Source: Anaerolineales bacterium (GTDB lineage Bacteria > Chloroflexota > Anaerolineae > Anaerolineales > UBA11657). From it: DNA of 64,000 nucleotides. The position numbers were made by a program, and so were the translations under genes. A model generated the notes under the pieces. That model saw nothing but the letters and a program-made list of their open reading frames with translations, was not told where the DNA came from and did no database searches. The stretch's first letter is position 1; every line of letters starts with the position of its first letter. Positions 1 through 9,248 of this stretch are shown here, in pieces. The stretch lies in NCBI GenBank assembly GCA_022450585.1, contig JAKUPR010000006.1, positions 175-64,174 on the forward strand, written 5' to 3'.

Positions 1-180
1 GATTCAAATGAATTCCCGACAGGGTTGTTGGCTGAAAGCCAAAACATGAGTGTGTGGCAGGTTGATGAGCCGGATGGAGAACGGACGTACCATCTCGAAC
101 TGGGTCAGGCCACACTTCATTTCTTTCGGGAGGAGTGGGAAGAATTCATGGAGCTAATGCGTTCTCTCGGGTCGGATTGA
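1..180 (+). CDS. 3' end of an unidentified ORF cut by the window edge
   Basis: Frame 1 is open from base 1 to the TGA at 178-180 (..RTYHLELGQATLHFFREEWEEFMELMRSLGSD*). No family recognised. Confidence 0.25.
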   Translation, partial: DSNEFPTGLLAESQNMSVWQVDEPDGERTYHLELGQATLHFFREEWEEFMELMRSLGSD

Positions 181-341
181 TTGTCATGGCGTTGCCGGTA
201 ATTGACTGGTAAGGCAAATTTGTAGGTTTTTCAGATAGCATGGTAGGGATTCGCCCAATTACAAATTACAATAGATACATAGGTTGGGACCTGGCTCTAA
301 CCAACACGCTTCCAAGACTGATAAATTGACGGTAATATCAC

Positions 342-1367
342 ATGACAGGGGCAATTAATCTAGGGATAATCGGAGCCGGAAGGATTGGTCGCGTCCACGC
401 TGGAAACCTAGTGAGCCGTATTCCTGGAGCCAATCTAGTTGCTGTAGCCGATGTCGTCCAAGAGGCAGCCGAGAAACTTGCTGCCGATTTTCAGATTCCA
501 AAAGTGTTTCAGGACTATCGTCATATTTTAGATGATAAAACAATAGACGCAGTGTTAGTTTGTTCTAGCACTGAGACTCACTCAGAGATGGTAATCGCTG
601 CCGCGGCGGTTGGAAAACATGTCTTCTGTGAGAAGCCAATTGACTTCCATCTTGGCAGAGTCGACAGAGTCTTGTCCGAAGTTGAGCAGGCTGGTGTTAA
701 GCTTCAGATTGGCTTTAACCGGAGATTTGATTCTGACTTTCGGCGTGTGCGTGATGTCGTATCCAATGGGGACATCGGTGTGCCTCACATAGTGAGAATC
801 ACTAGTCGTGACCCTGAACCTCCTGCTATGACATATATCAAGGACTCTGGTGGCATGTTCTTGGATATGACTATTCATGATTTTGATATGGCCAGATTCT
901 TGATAGATAGCGAAGTTGATGAAGTCTTTGCCGCTGGTGGTGTGATGGTGAATCCCCAAATTAGGGAGTTTGGTGACATTGATACTGCAATAATTACCTT
1001 GCGCTATTCCAATGGCGTAATTGGTGCTATTGACAATAGTCGTCAAGCTGTTTATGGTTACGATCAACGGGTAGAAGTATTTGGTTCTAAGGGTGTCGTA
1101 GTGGTATCCAATAACACTCCGGACACTGCCGTAGTAAGTGATAAATCTGGAGTACATTCTGCCCGTCCTCTATTCTTCTTTGTAGAGCGGTATCTTGAGT
1201 CTTACGTTGAGGAGATGAAAGAGTTCGTAGACTGTATTCAGGAAGATGTCGCACCCCCGGTGATCGGGAATGATAGTCGTATTGCGGTGATTATGGGATT
1301 GGCTGCTCAAAAGTCTTTGAGAGAGCATCGTCCAGTGCAATTGAGCGAAATTGACTCAGACCTGTAG
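342..1367 (+). CDS. iolG: Gfo/Idh/MocA oxidoreductase, myo-inositol 2-dehydrogenase-like
   Basis: N-terminal Rossmann motif GIIGAGRIG. Motifs VFCEKP, GFNRRFD and RITSRDP are typical of inositol dehydrogenases. 341 aa. Confidence 0.7.
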   Translation: MTGAINLGIIGAGRIGRVHAGNLVSRIPGANLVAVADVVQEAAEKLAADFQIPKVFQDYRHILDDKTIDAVLVCSSTETHSEMVIAAAAVGKHVFCEKPIDFHLGRVDRVLSEVEQAGVKLQIGFNRRFDSDFRRVRDVVSNGDIGVPHIVRITSRDPEPPAMTYIKDSGGMFLDMTIHDFDMARFLIDSEVDEVFAAGGVMVNPQIREFGDIDTAIITLRYSNGVIGAIDNSRQAVYGYDQRVEVFGSKGVVVVSNNTPDTAVVSDKSGVHSARPLFFFVERYLESYVEEMKEFVDCIQEDVAPPVIGNDSRIAVIMGLAAQKSLREHRPVQLSEIDSDL

Positions 1368-1373
1368 GAGAGT

Positions 1374-2303
1374 TTGGGAATTGACTACATGAATCGTACA
1401 TTAAGAAAAATAGGAAACGCCCCGTGTTCATGGGGGGTCATTGAAAGGACACATGAAGATCAGCGTTCTTATGGATATGATCATGTGCTAGATGAGATTC
1501 ATGAAACCGGCTTTGTGGGTACCGAGTTAGGTGATTGGGGGTTTATGCCCACTGATCCTGAGGTGTTGAAGGAGGAAATTCAGAAACGGAATCTTGTCCT
1601 ATGTGCATCGTGGGTTATGGGGGAACTAATTGACTCGGGCGGTCATGCCAACAGTATAGCGCGAGCATTACGTGCTGCACATTTATTGTCGGCGGTGTCT
1701 GAAGACGATCCGGTGATTGTGCTTGGGGGGAATCTTTTTGCTGACAGCGGCCGTAATGACATTGTTGGGCGGGTTACTTCTGAGTATAGTATGAGTGGTG
1801 AACAATGGAAGATCTACGTTGAAGGTATCCATAAGGTAGCTAGGAGCGTGAGGGAAGAAACTGGTCTGCGTACCGTTTTCCATCCCCATTGTTGCACCTG
1901 GGTTGAAGCTCCTGCGGAGATAGATGAGCTCCTGAAACGGACGGACCCGGAGTTAGTTGGCATATGTCTGGATACGGGACATTATCGTTTCGGCGGTGGT
2001 GATCCAGTATTGGGGTTACGGGAACATGCAGATCGTATTTGGCATGTTCATTTCAAGGATTGTGACCCTTTAGTTGCAGATCAGGCACGTAAAGAACGTT
2101 GGGAATACAATGTTGCGATAAGACAAGGGCTTTTTTGCGAATTGGGTAAGGGGGATGTGGACTTCGAAGAGATTGTTAGCATGCTAACTGCTATGCATTA
2201 TGATGGATGGATTGTTGTCGAGCAAGATGTTTTGCCGAGCATGGGAGCACCAAAACAAGCTTCTTGGGGGAACCGGGAATTCTTGCGCAGCATTGGTCTG
2301 TGA
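1374..2303 (+). CDS. Xylose-isomerase-like TIM-barrel protein, inosose dehydratase (IolE)-like
   Basis: Motifs LDTGH..., HVHFKD and GWIVVEQD resemble IolE / sugar phosphate isomerase-epimerase family proteins. Starts 7 nt after iolG. TTG start at 1374, alternative ATG at 1389. Confidence 0.6.
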   Translation: MGIDYMNRTLRKIGNAPCSWGVIERTHEDQRSYGYDHVLDEIHETGFVGTELGDWGFMPTDPEVLKEEIQKRNLVLCASWVMGELIDSGGHANSIARALRAAHLLSAVSEDDPVIVLGGNLFADSGRNDIVGRVTSEYSMSGEQWKIYVEGIHKVARSVREETGLRTVFHPHCCTWVEAPAEIDELLKRTDPELVGICLDTGHYRFGGGDPVLGLREHADRIWHVHFKDCDPLVADQARKERWEYNVAIRQGLFCELGKGDVDFEEIVSMLTAMHYDGWIVVEQDVLPSMGAPKQASWGNREFLRSIGL

Positions 2304-2443
2304 TAGCTTCAATCAACTTGCATGCTTCGATTAAAAAGGGATGGCGATTACGGGTAATTGGTGAATGTCGGTGATTTCATTTATGTTCGCCAATATAGCC
2401 ATAGGGAGTCATTCGTCCTAGCTGTAAAAGATCCGTTGATAAT

Positions 2444-3304
2444 GTGGAATTTCGCATGACATCCGACAGTTTTGTCCATCATCCAATTGACTACTTGTTA
2501 ATGGGTACTATAACTCAGGACATTACTTCGACCGGTGCTCGTGTGTTGGGTGGAACGGCTGCCTTCTCTGGATCCATGGCGCAATCTTTGGGGATGCGCG
2601 TAGGTATAGTGGCTTCAGTGGGTCCAGACGCGGATCTTTCTCCACTAGATAGCATATCTTTTGTGCGCCAGCTGTCGCCCGTCAGCACCACGATGGAGAA
2701 CATCTATGTTCCAAGTGGGCGCGTGCAGTTTATGCGTAAGTGCGCTGATCCGTTACGTTTCGATAGTGTACCGACGCAATGGTTGACGGCGCCGATTGTT
2801 CATTTTGGACCTTTGGCTAACGATGTAGACCCGGAATTCATAGCGCATTTCTCAGAATCCTTTGTTGGTGTAACTCCACAGGGTTGGTTACGGAAGTGGG
2901 ATGATACGGGACGCGTGTCGTTTACCGATTGGTCTCAAGCACTGGAGGTTTTGGGGAAAGTTGACGCTGTTGTCCTCAGCATAGAGGATGTTGAGGGGGA
3001 CTGGGATCGTCTAGAGAACTGGGCGAACCATGCCCGCGTTTTGGTAGTGACGCAGGGAGAAAAGGGTGCTACTGTATATGCGGGTTCAGAGAAGCGACAG
3101 TTTGCAGCGCAGCAGGTGCGGGTTGTGGATCCTACCGGAGCGGGAGATTTGTTCGCAGCTGCTTTTTTCGTGCATTACCAACAGAGTGGCGACCCCTGGG
3201 ATTCCGCACGTTTTGCGGTTTGTCTAGCCTCACACTCGGTCACACGTACTGGACTGGATGGTTTGCCCACGCCGGCGGAGATAGAATCTACGTCGGTTTA
3301 CTGA
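2444..3304 (+). CDS. PfkB-family carbohydrate kinase
   Basis: C-terminal PfkB signature DPTGAGDLFAAAF. N-terminal GG dipeptide region (VLGGTAAF). GTG start at 2444, alternative ATG at 2456. Confidence 0.7.
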   Translation: MEFRMTSDSFVHHPIDYLLMGTITQDITSTGARVLGGTAAFSGSMAQSLGMRVGIVASVGPDADLSPLDSISFVRQLSPVSTTMENIYVPSGRVQFMRKCADPLRFDSVPTQWLTAPIVHFGPLANDVDPEFIAHFSESFVGVTPQGWLRKWDDTGRVSFTDWSQALEVLGKVDAVVLSIEDVEGDWDRLENWANHARVLVVTQGEKGATVYAGSEKRQFAAQQVRVVDPTGAGDLFAAAFFVHYQQSGDPWDSARFAVCLASHSVTRTGLDGLPTPAEIESTSVY

Positions 3305-4562
3305 TGTTTTTAATTGCAGAGTCCAGGTTCCATTCGATGTGATCGGCAATTGCAACCGCAATTGCCGATTTTCCAACAGATTTTTGTGATTTACCCGTAT
3401 CGGACACAAGATGTGCAACGTGTTCACCATGTGGTCCCATCTCTTCTCCTCTATTGGCTACAACAAGTGGATATCCGTACTCTACTCGTTTGCGAGCAAT
3501 TGCAATCAAATTTCGATGGCTGATGTTTTCCTGATATTTGAAGGTCACCATATACAGTTCCGGAAAAGATTTCTTTACCGTTTGAATAATTTTCTCTGTG
3601 GGTACAAGCTGGAGTGAAAGTGTTTTCGTGCTCGCGGTTTTTCCCGGCAACACGTTTGTGATGCGGTAGTCAGCCACCGCTGCCGAGAATACCCCAGCCG
3701 CAAATGGTTTTTCTGCAAGTGTTTGCATTACCGTTGTGCTGTATTCATCGTAGCTATGTGTGTTGGTATGAGGTAGCCAGTCGTGTGGCTGTACTTTTCC
3801 AGTTCCGTTAATAAGCAGTGTTTCAGCGCCTCGGAGATATAGTTCTGTAGCGACCTGGAGACCGAGTTGACCAGTGAAACGGTTACTGATTTGGCGAACG
3901 TTGTCGATTGGGGTTGGTATTGGTCCACCAGTGACCAATATAGACAATCCCTTGAGTTGTGAGATGCTAGTAGTGCGGCATACTTCAGATACAAGACACT
4001 CTTCCGAAGGGATGTTGTGTTTGCCATAGTCCTCGCGAGGCGGGATTATGCGCACCCCCATGCCCGTAAGTTTTTCTAGCGATTCTGTAAGAAGTGAATT
4101 ATGCAAATATCCGTGCATAGTGGGCGCGAGCAATAATTGTGACTGTCCTCGTTCCATGCGACCAATAGCGATTGCTAAAGTGGTGGTTACCGGGCTGTCG
4201 GCTACGCCGTTTACCATTTTGTTTATGGTGTTGTATGTGGCTGGGGCAAGTAGGTAAGCATCGAATGGGGCTTTGTTACTAATGTGTTCCGCAGCTGCAC
4301 TCAGTTGGGTGATTACTGGGTTGTCAGAACTCCAAGTCAGCGCGTCGATAGTAGTGTAGCGTAATGCCTCTTTGGTGGCGAAGACTACTACAGACGCTGC
4401 GCGGCGTCGCAGTGCACGAGCAATCATGGGAGCTTTCATAGCTGCGATTCCACCTGAGAGTAGCAAAGCAATCCGTTGACCCTTGAGTTGAGTGCCGTCT
4501 AATGGCACCTCGTGATCACTGAGAGCAGACTCTGGTGGCGGGGATAAGTTCCAATCGTTCAT
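3288..4562 (-). CDS. coaBC: Bifunctional phosphopantothenoylcysteine decarboxylase / phosphopantothenate-cysteine ligase
   Basis: N-terminal flavoprotein domain (LLLSGGIAAMKAP..., LLAPATYNTINKMVNG). C-terminal CoaB domain (VTGGPIPTPIDNVRQISNRFTG..., AAVADYR). Its 3' end overlaps the convergent kinase gene by 17 nt. Confidence 0.85.
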   Translation of the reverse strand: MNDWNLSPPPESALSDHEVPLDGTQLKGQRIALLLSGGIAAMKAPMIARALRRRAASVVVFATKEALRYTTIDALTWSSDNPVITQLSAAAEHISNKAPFDAYLLAPATYNTINKMVNGVADSPVTTTLAIAIGRMERGQSQLLLAPTMHGYLHNSLLTESLEKLTGMGVRIIPPREDYGKHNIPSEECLVSEVCRTTSISQLKGLSILVTGGPIPTPIDNVRQISNRFTGQLGLQVATELYLRGAETLLINGTGKVQPHDWLPHTNTHSYDEYSTTVMQTLAEKPFAAGVFSAAVADYRITNVLPGKTASTKTLSLQLVPTEKIIQTVKKSFPELYMVTFKYQENISHRNLIAIARKRVEYGYPLVVANRGEEMGPHGEHVAHLVSDTGKSQKSVGKSAIAVAIADHIEWNLDSAIKNISKPT

Positions 4563-4620
4563 TGCTCGAATTATACTGTATCGGCATCATGGAAGTTATT
4601 CGTATGCCTTGTCTGTGGTA

Positions 4621-6408
4621 CTAAGGCGGAAAAGTAAATAGGTCACCCAGTGGAATCACATCGTGGGCAAATCTTTTCCGGTTTGCGTCAGCGGTCGGCA
4701 GACGTTGATTGTCGGTGAATCGATACATACCAGCAGTGAGCTGATATTCTCCGTCTTGAATTCCGCTAGTGGTTGTCAGTATATGTGTGTCTGCTAGCAA
4801 CTCACCTGGTGACCATACAGAGGCCGGATATGTCCGTTCCAGCGGCACGCTGTCGTGCCCGACGATAAAGTTACCGTGAGCATCAAACAGGTGCACGAAC
4901 ACAATGAGATTTTCATCGCTCCGCTCGAGAACTTCCCAGTGTAGTGTAACTTGCATCTCATCCGTGTCAGACTGGTCAATGTCAAAGCCGTGCAATTTTA
5001 CATTATTACCTAAATAAGCTTGCAGTGGGTATTGTACGTCAATGCCATCACGTGCCAATGGAGGTCGCAGCATTGCACGAGCATATGTCGGGCGGATAAA
5101 GATGAAGGGTGTAGCCAATGCAATCATAGCCATTACTGTCGATATCAGAATGACAGCTCGACGACGTAATTGGATTGGGATGGTGGTCAATAAGCCTACT
5201 GCAGCGAGCAAGCTGATAGCGCTAATTGCGGGATACGTCAGTCTTGCAGCTGGCCCCGGAGCAGTGCGGGTCCAGTACAGAGTGCCAATCAGTAATATAG
5301 CGCTATGCAGGATCGGTACAGATAGGATGTGACCAGCAATTTTTCTGTTACGCCATGCCCAGATAGCTAATCCGATTAAGGCTATGCAGCTGCCCGCAGC
5401 GTAAAATTGATAAATTCTTGGGGTCATTGCAATGTTTGACAATCCAAAAACTCCCCAGTATGAGGTATGGTGTCCCCAGAATTCTAGGATCACTTCCCAT
5501 AATGTGAGTGCTCGTGAGGTTACAAAAGAGCGGTGGATTTCGATTGGCAATATACTGCCATATGTAACAAAATTGCGAAAGTACCACCAACCAGACATAA
5601 GTGCACTGGAGCCGATGCAAAGTATTCCTAGCCAGAGGAACTGTTTCAGCGCGCGGAGTTTGGCGGCACACAGGCTGGCAGACAGCGCAACCACAATCGG
5701 AATCAGCAGTACGTTTAACTTGGTGAGAGCTGCCATGCCGCAGACAAGCGCCAAACCTATGGAGATCTGAGGCGAAAAACCACGATTCCATAATTTGGCT
5801 AGTAGTAGTACTGTTCCAGACCCAAGCAGGTTTGCCAGATTGTCGTTGTTTACCTGGGCGCTTGTGAAGAGGAAGCCAGGATTGAAAGCCACAATTGCAG
5901 CTGTCAGTAGTGCAATATGTGAACGAGCAGGGAAGAGTTCTAGAGATAGTGCATAGGCCATTATCACCACTCCGGTTGCCATGAGTAGTGAAATCCAGCG
6001 CCCTAGATGGACCGCTAGGGTTGTCTTGTGGTAGGGAAAATCCTCAGCGCGGGTATGATAGTACCAGAACTTTTCGCCCTGATTATCCGCCGGCAATCCT
6101 ATGGAGAGTTGTTTGCTTGTAAGAGTGCGGTGGGAGATATAGTCCGTAGTGTCCACCCAGGCAGTGGCTACGGCTAAGGTTGCATAGTAGAGTGGTGGTT
6201 GTACACCTTGTTGTCTCCAGGCGCTATCTACTTCTGGCTCGACTATGGGTAAACCTTCACCGTCAGCCATGCGTTTTACCATGGCATAGTGCCATACTTC
6301 GTCTAGGCCTTCGAAAATGGGTGTAACTGAATCGTATAATAGACCGCAAATGTAGAATAGGAACACAGTTGCTACAATGGACTTGTGTTTGTGAAACCAG
6401 GCAGTCAT
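4621..6408 (-). CDS. Polytopic membrane glycosyltransferase, GT39/ArnT-like
   Basis: 595 aa with many hydrophobic helices. The N-terminal loop (DEVWHYAMVKRM..GEGLP) resembles ArnT/PMT-type lipid-linked sugar transferases, and there is a soluble C-terminal domain. Family assignment is by resemblance only. Confidence 0.55.
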   Translation of the reverse strand: MTAWFHKHKSIVATVFLFYICGLLYDSVTPIFEGLDEVWHYAMVKRMADGEGLPIVEPEVDSAWRQQGVQPPLYYATLAVATAWVDTTDYISHRTLTSKQLSIGLPADNQGEKFWYYHTRAEDFPYHKTTLAVHLGRWISLLMATGVVIMAYALSLELFPARSHIALLTAAIVAFNPGFLFTSAQVNNDNLANLLGSGTVLLLAKLWNRGFSPQISIGLALVCGMAALTKLNVLLIPIVVALSASLCAAKLRALKQFLWLGILCIGSSALMSGWWYFRNFVTYGSILPIEIHRSFVTSRALTLWEVILEFWGHHTSYWGVFGLSNIAMTPRIYQFYAAGSCIALIGLAIWAWRNRKIAGHILSVPILHSAILLIGTLYWTRTAPGPAARLTYPAISAISLLAAVGLLTTIPIQLRRRAVILISTVMAMIALATPFIFIRPTYARAMLRPPLARDGIDVQYPLQAYLGNNVKLHGFDIDQSDTDEMQVTLHWEVLERSDENLIVFVHLFDAHGNFIVGHDSVPLERTYPASVWSPGELLADTHILTTTSGIQDGEYQLTAGMYRFTDNQRLPTADANRKRFAHDVIPLGDLFTFPP

Positions 6409-6600
6409 GACAAAGAATCAGGGCCTACTCTAGAATGTACCGGTGGATTGACGTAGCCTGTTTTTGCGGTCAGTATCAATTCTTGTTGACGTCGATTTCT
6501 ATGTTGGGAGTGTGTTGTACTAATGTAGTCCAGTGCCCGGTTGACATTTGTGAAGGATGTGAAAGTGATTAGCAATTAAACATTTGTCTTTGAGGTGGAA

Positions 6601-6804
6601 TTAGTTTCTCTTGGCGAGACCACTAATCTGGCGCATCAATTTCACCAACTCTATTCCAAGTGCCATTGCTTTTCTAGATGAAAAGGTTTTTCTTCCCCCT
6701 TCTTGCTCTTGGCTGTGTGCGAACATGTAAGCGGCGCTAATTCCAAGTAATGCGCCCAAAACAGCTCCAATAAATAAAACTCGCTTTTTGACTATATTAC
6801 CCAC
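6601..6804 (-). CDS. Small membrane protein (67 aa), function unknown
   Basis: One N-terminal TM helix (VLFIGAVLGALLGISAAYMF) followed by a basic amphipathic tail. Lies 15 nt downstream of the next ORF on the same strand. Confidence 0.45.
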   Translation of the reverse strand: MGNIVKKRVLFIGAVLGALLGISAAYMFAHSQEQEGGRKTFSSRKAMALGIELVKLMRQISGLAKRN

Positions 6805-6819
6805 TTGCTTCTTCTCTTT

Positions 6820-7269
6820 CTACCGATACAGCCGACGTACCTTTTCCCGCAAGTGACTTAGAATACGTGCGGGCGTTTCTGTTACCCGGTGAATGCGCTT
6901 CACTTGCGCTTCTGCGGTGTTTGAGTAATGCCAAGCAGTACTGTTAACGTTTGCGCTAATCCGTTCTCCGTTCCGTAACAATGCAGTGATTCCGTCGGAT
7001 GTTCTTGACAGAACTACTACCAGCGCTAAGATGGTCACTAGACCTAAAATGCCAATTAAGAGAGCAGGTGCCATTATCAGTATTAGGACGGTATCCGCGA
7101 GCAACCCGTGGTTTATACGTCCTGCAAATGCTCCGTATGCTAGGGCAGCGGCTCCAATTATTGCTGATAACCCGGCAAGGCATACCGGCAAGTAAACTTC
7201 TAATTGCAGCCCACGCTGTATGTCGCGAGCTTGGGCGCTTGAATCTGATTTATGTGACGAGTGATCCAT
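6820..7269 (-). CDS. Membrane protein, function unknown
   Basis: Two or three TM helices. The track start (GTG at 7326) overlaps the divergent PHP gene. The internal ATG at 7269 (MDHSSHKS..) removes that overlap, so the start is uncertain. Confidence 0.45.
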   Translation of the reverse strand: MDHSSHKSDSSAQARDIQRGLQLEVYLPVCLAGLSAIIGAAALAYGAFAGRINHGLLADTVLILIMAPALLIGILGLVTILALVVVLSRTSDGITALLRNGERISANVNSTAWHYSNTAEAQVKRIHRVTETPARILSHLREKVRRLYR

Positions 7270-7312
7270 CCTAATAATTCTACCACTGTGTAAGGAGGTA
7301 TACTTAGCGGAG

Positions 7313-7966
7313 ATGTCTCTAATCACTGTCGAAACCCACTGTCACACAAAATATTCCTCAGATTGCATGATGGCACCGCGACGATTGATCGCTGTCTGTC
7401 AGCGGCAGGGAATCCAACGTCTCTTCGTTACTGATCACAATACCGCCCGGGGTGCTTTTGAAATGGCATCTATGGCACCGGATTTGGTGATTCCGGGCGA
7501 AGAGATTAGGACTAGCCAGGGAGAATTACTAGCGTTTTTTCTTGAAAAGGAGGTTCTACCTGGTTTGCAACCTATGGAAACGATTGAGCAGTTACGATCT
7601 CAGGGAGCAGTGATTGCTGTGCCGCATCCATATGATTACCATCGTCGTGGTGGTTGGAGCGAGGATCAGCTGCGAGCAGTTTTACCATATGTAGACGCTG
7701 TTGAGACGTTCAACGCTCGTTCTCTGCGGTCAAACATGAACGAACGAGCTGCTGCACTTGCTAGAGAGTTGGGTGTGGCTGCAATAGTTGGCTCGGATGC
7801 GCATACATATGCTGAGGTTGGGTGTACAACTATGTGCATGCCAGTATGGACAGACGCGAATCAATTTCTGGCTACTCTTCCAATGGCTCAGCTCCGGCCA
7901 CGACGCTCATCAGCCTTGGTGCATCTGTCCTCGCGTTGGGCAGCCTTGTTGCATCGGATACGGTGA
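7313..7966 (+). CDS. PHP-domain metal-dependent phosphoesterase
   Basis: N-terminal VETHCHTKYSSDC motif and later HP/DAH histidine motifs typical of the PHP family. AAGGAGG lies upstream at 7292-7298. Confidence 0.7.
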   Translation: MSLITVETHCHTKYSSDCMMAPRRLIAVCQRQGIQRLFVTDHNTARGAFEMASMAPDLVIPGEEIRTSQGELLAFFLEKEVLPGLQPMETIEQLRSQGAVIAVPHPYDYHRRGGWSEDQLRAVLPYVDAVETFNARSLRSNMNERAAALARELGVAAIVGSDAHTYAEVGCTTMCMPVWTDANQFLATLPMAQLRPRRSSALVHLSSRWAALLHRIR

Positions 7967-7971
7967 CTGGA

Positions 7972-8000
7972 TTGTTCAGGTGTGTCCATAATGGTAGAAT
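7972..8000 (+). promoter_or_regulatory. Putative sigma-70 promoter for tRNA-Arg
   Basis: TTGTTC (7972-7977), a 17-nt spacer, then TGgTAGAAT as an extended -10 (7992-8000). The tRNA begins at 8011. Confidence 0.45.
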
Positions 8001-8010
8001 CTATTCTCTC

Positions 8011-8083
8011 GCCCCCGTAGCTCAGTGGATAGAGCGCTTGCCTCCGGAGCAAGAAGCCCCGCGTTCGAGTCGCGGCGGGGGTG
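8011..8083 (+). tRNA. tRNA-Arg (anticodon CCG)
   Basis: Cloverleaf folded by hand: acceptor GCCCCCG/CGGGGGT (G1-U72 wobble), D arm GCTC-AGTGGATA-GAGC, anticodon arm CTTGC-CTCCGGA-GCAAG, T arm CCGCG-TTCGAGT-CGCGG. No encoded CCA. Confidence 0.9.
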
Positions 8084-8553
8084 CTCTATTGCTGTAATTA
8101 GCTCAACGATCCAGGCGATGAGTCAACCCAACTTTAGTGTTGTAAACATATAGGATGTCGTGTCATCTAAATCCAGGCGACTACGTGCGTGAATTGAGTG
8201 ATGATGTCATACCCAGAGCATGTAGCGTCTCGGTATTCTTTTGGATGAGATGGGTCTAAATGGGGCTGCATATGCAAGTTAGGTAATTGCAATCGGGTTT
8301 GTAGGCAGATATGGTATGTAAATTGCAACTCTCCGTGTAATTGCTGGGGACAGATTTAAATCTGCTGAGATGCGTTCAGAGTGTGACTAGTAACAAGATA
8401 GTCAGGTAAGGTAACGTGCAGATGCAAAGATCACCCAGTAGCAAATTCAGTGTTGTTGGCCTTAGTACGGCAAAATTGACAAAATAATGAGTTTTTTGTC
8501 AAAGTGCATATGCCGGCATCAGGTTACAACACCTACGTCAGGGGAGGTATGTC

Positions 8554-9129
8554 ATGGAATATCCTGAAGAAGAGTCTACTAATCGACCTTTCATCATCGC
8601 GTCGGTAGCACTAGGAGGGCTCTTTGTCGCCGGTCTAGTAGCATTAGGTCTTTACGCATTTAAGTTAAGGCCTGCACAGGCTAGTGCTAGTGCGACCGAG
8701 GTTGCAGAAATAAACGTAAGTAATACGCAGGTTGCGGAGTACGCGGAGGCCACTTCTGTCGCGCAGGTTGCAGCGGTTCTGGTCCCGGATTCGGAACAGC
8801 AGGGACGCCTCGCGGATGCAGGCATCTCAGAATCTGGCAACGCCATACTGGTAGCTCCGGCAGAACCAGTAGCTGTGTCAGGGTTGTCTGAATCATCCAG
8901 TGTCTCAGTGGGAACATCTGGCTCAGCGAATAAGATACCTGACAGAAGCAACCGGGAGTTGGCTGTTGCTGCTACTGCTATTCCAGTGGTGTCAGTTTCT
9001 GCCGCGGAGGCTTTGCCTGATACGGGGTTTGCAGACGAAGTTGGTATACCTGTTTTGATCCTGACAGCTCTCGGTTTGCTTGCGGTTGTTGTTATCAGTC
9101 GCTCTATGCGGCATTTCGTCAGCGGATAA
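8554..9129 (+). CDS. Surface protein with N-terminal signal/anchor and C-terminal LPXTG-type sorting signal
   Basis: N-terminal hydrophobic segment (IIASVALGGLFVAGLVALGLYAF). Low-complexity A/S/V-rich middle. The C-terminus reads LPDTG, then hydrophobic IPVLILTALGLLAVVVI, then basic SRSMRH. GGGGAGG lies 6 nt upstream of the ATG. Confidence 0.7.
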   Translation: MEYPEEESTNRPFIIASVALGGLFVAGLVALGLYAFKLRPAQASASATEVAEINVSNTQVAEYAEATSVAQVAAVLVPDSEQQGRLADAGISESGNAILVAPAEPVAVSGLSESSSVSVGTSGSANKIPDRSNRELAVAATAIPVVSVSAAEALPDTGFADEVGIPVLILTALGLLAVVVISRSMRHFVSG

Positions 9130-9154
9130 ACAACAGAAGGAAGTTGTATTCAAA

Positions 9155-9211
9155 ATATCCAGCGCGTCTCTCATCTGTCTTTTGGCGATAATTCAGAGAC
9201 GTGCTGGATAT
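9155..9211. terminator. Long imperfect hairpin between convergent genes (possible bidirectional terminator)
   Basis: ATATCCAGCGCGTCTCT (9155-9171) pairs with AGAGACGTGCTGGATAT (9195-9211), 16 of 17 positions, around a 23-nt loop. No clear U-tract. Confidence 0.4.
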
Positions 9212-9248
9212 AGTTGGGATGTCGGGCAGTAATAAGTCTAGAAAAACC

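Noticed and set aside
355-1157. Track ORFs 355..543(-), 582..1157(-) and 610..792(+) inside the iolG-like gene
   Set aside because: They lie antisense or out of frame within a well-supported gene with clear family motifs. Their translations are low-complexity with no recognisable features. They are typical shadow ORFs.
7822-8097. 91-aa ORF spanning the tRNA-Arg gene
   Set aside because: It overlaps a well-folding tRNA and the 3' end of the PHP gene. The tRNA explains the sequence.
8340-8425. TPP-riboswitch-like words (CTGGGGA-CAGAT..ATCTG-CTGAGA) downstream of tRNA-Arg
   Set aside because: Only the GGGG / hairpin / CUGAGA part is present. The ACCC, GAACCUGAUC and UAAU..GCG.AGGGA core elements are missing, so this is not a credible THI element. 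It is kept only as part of the non-coding-region note.
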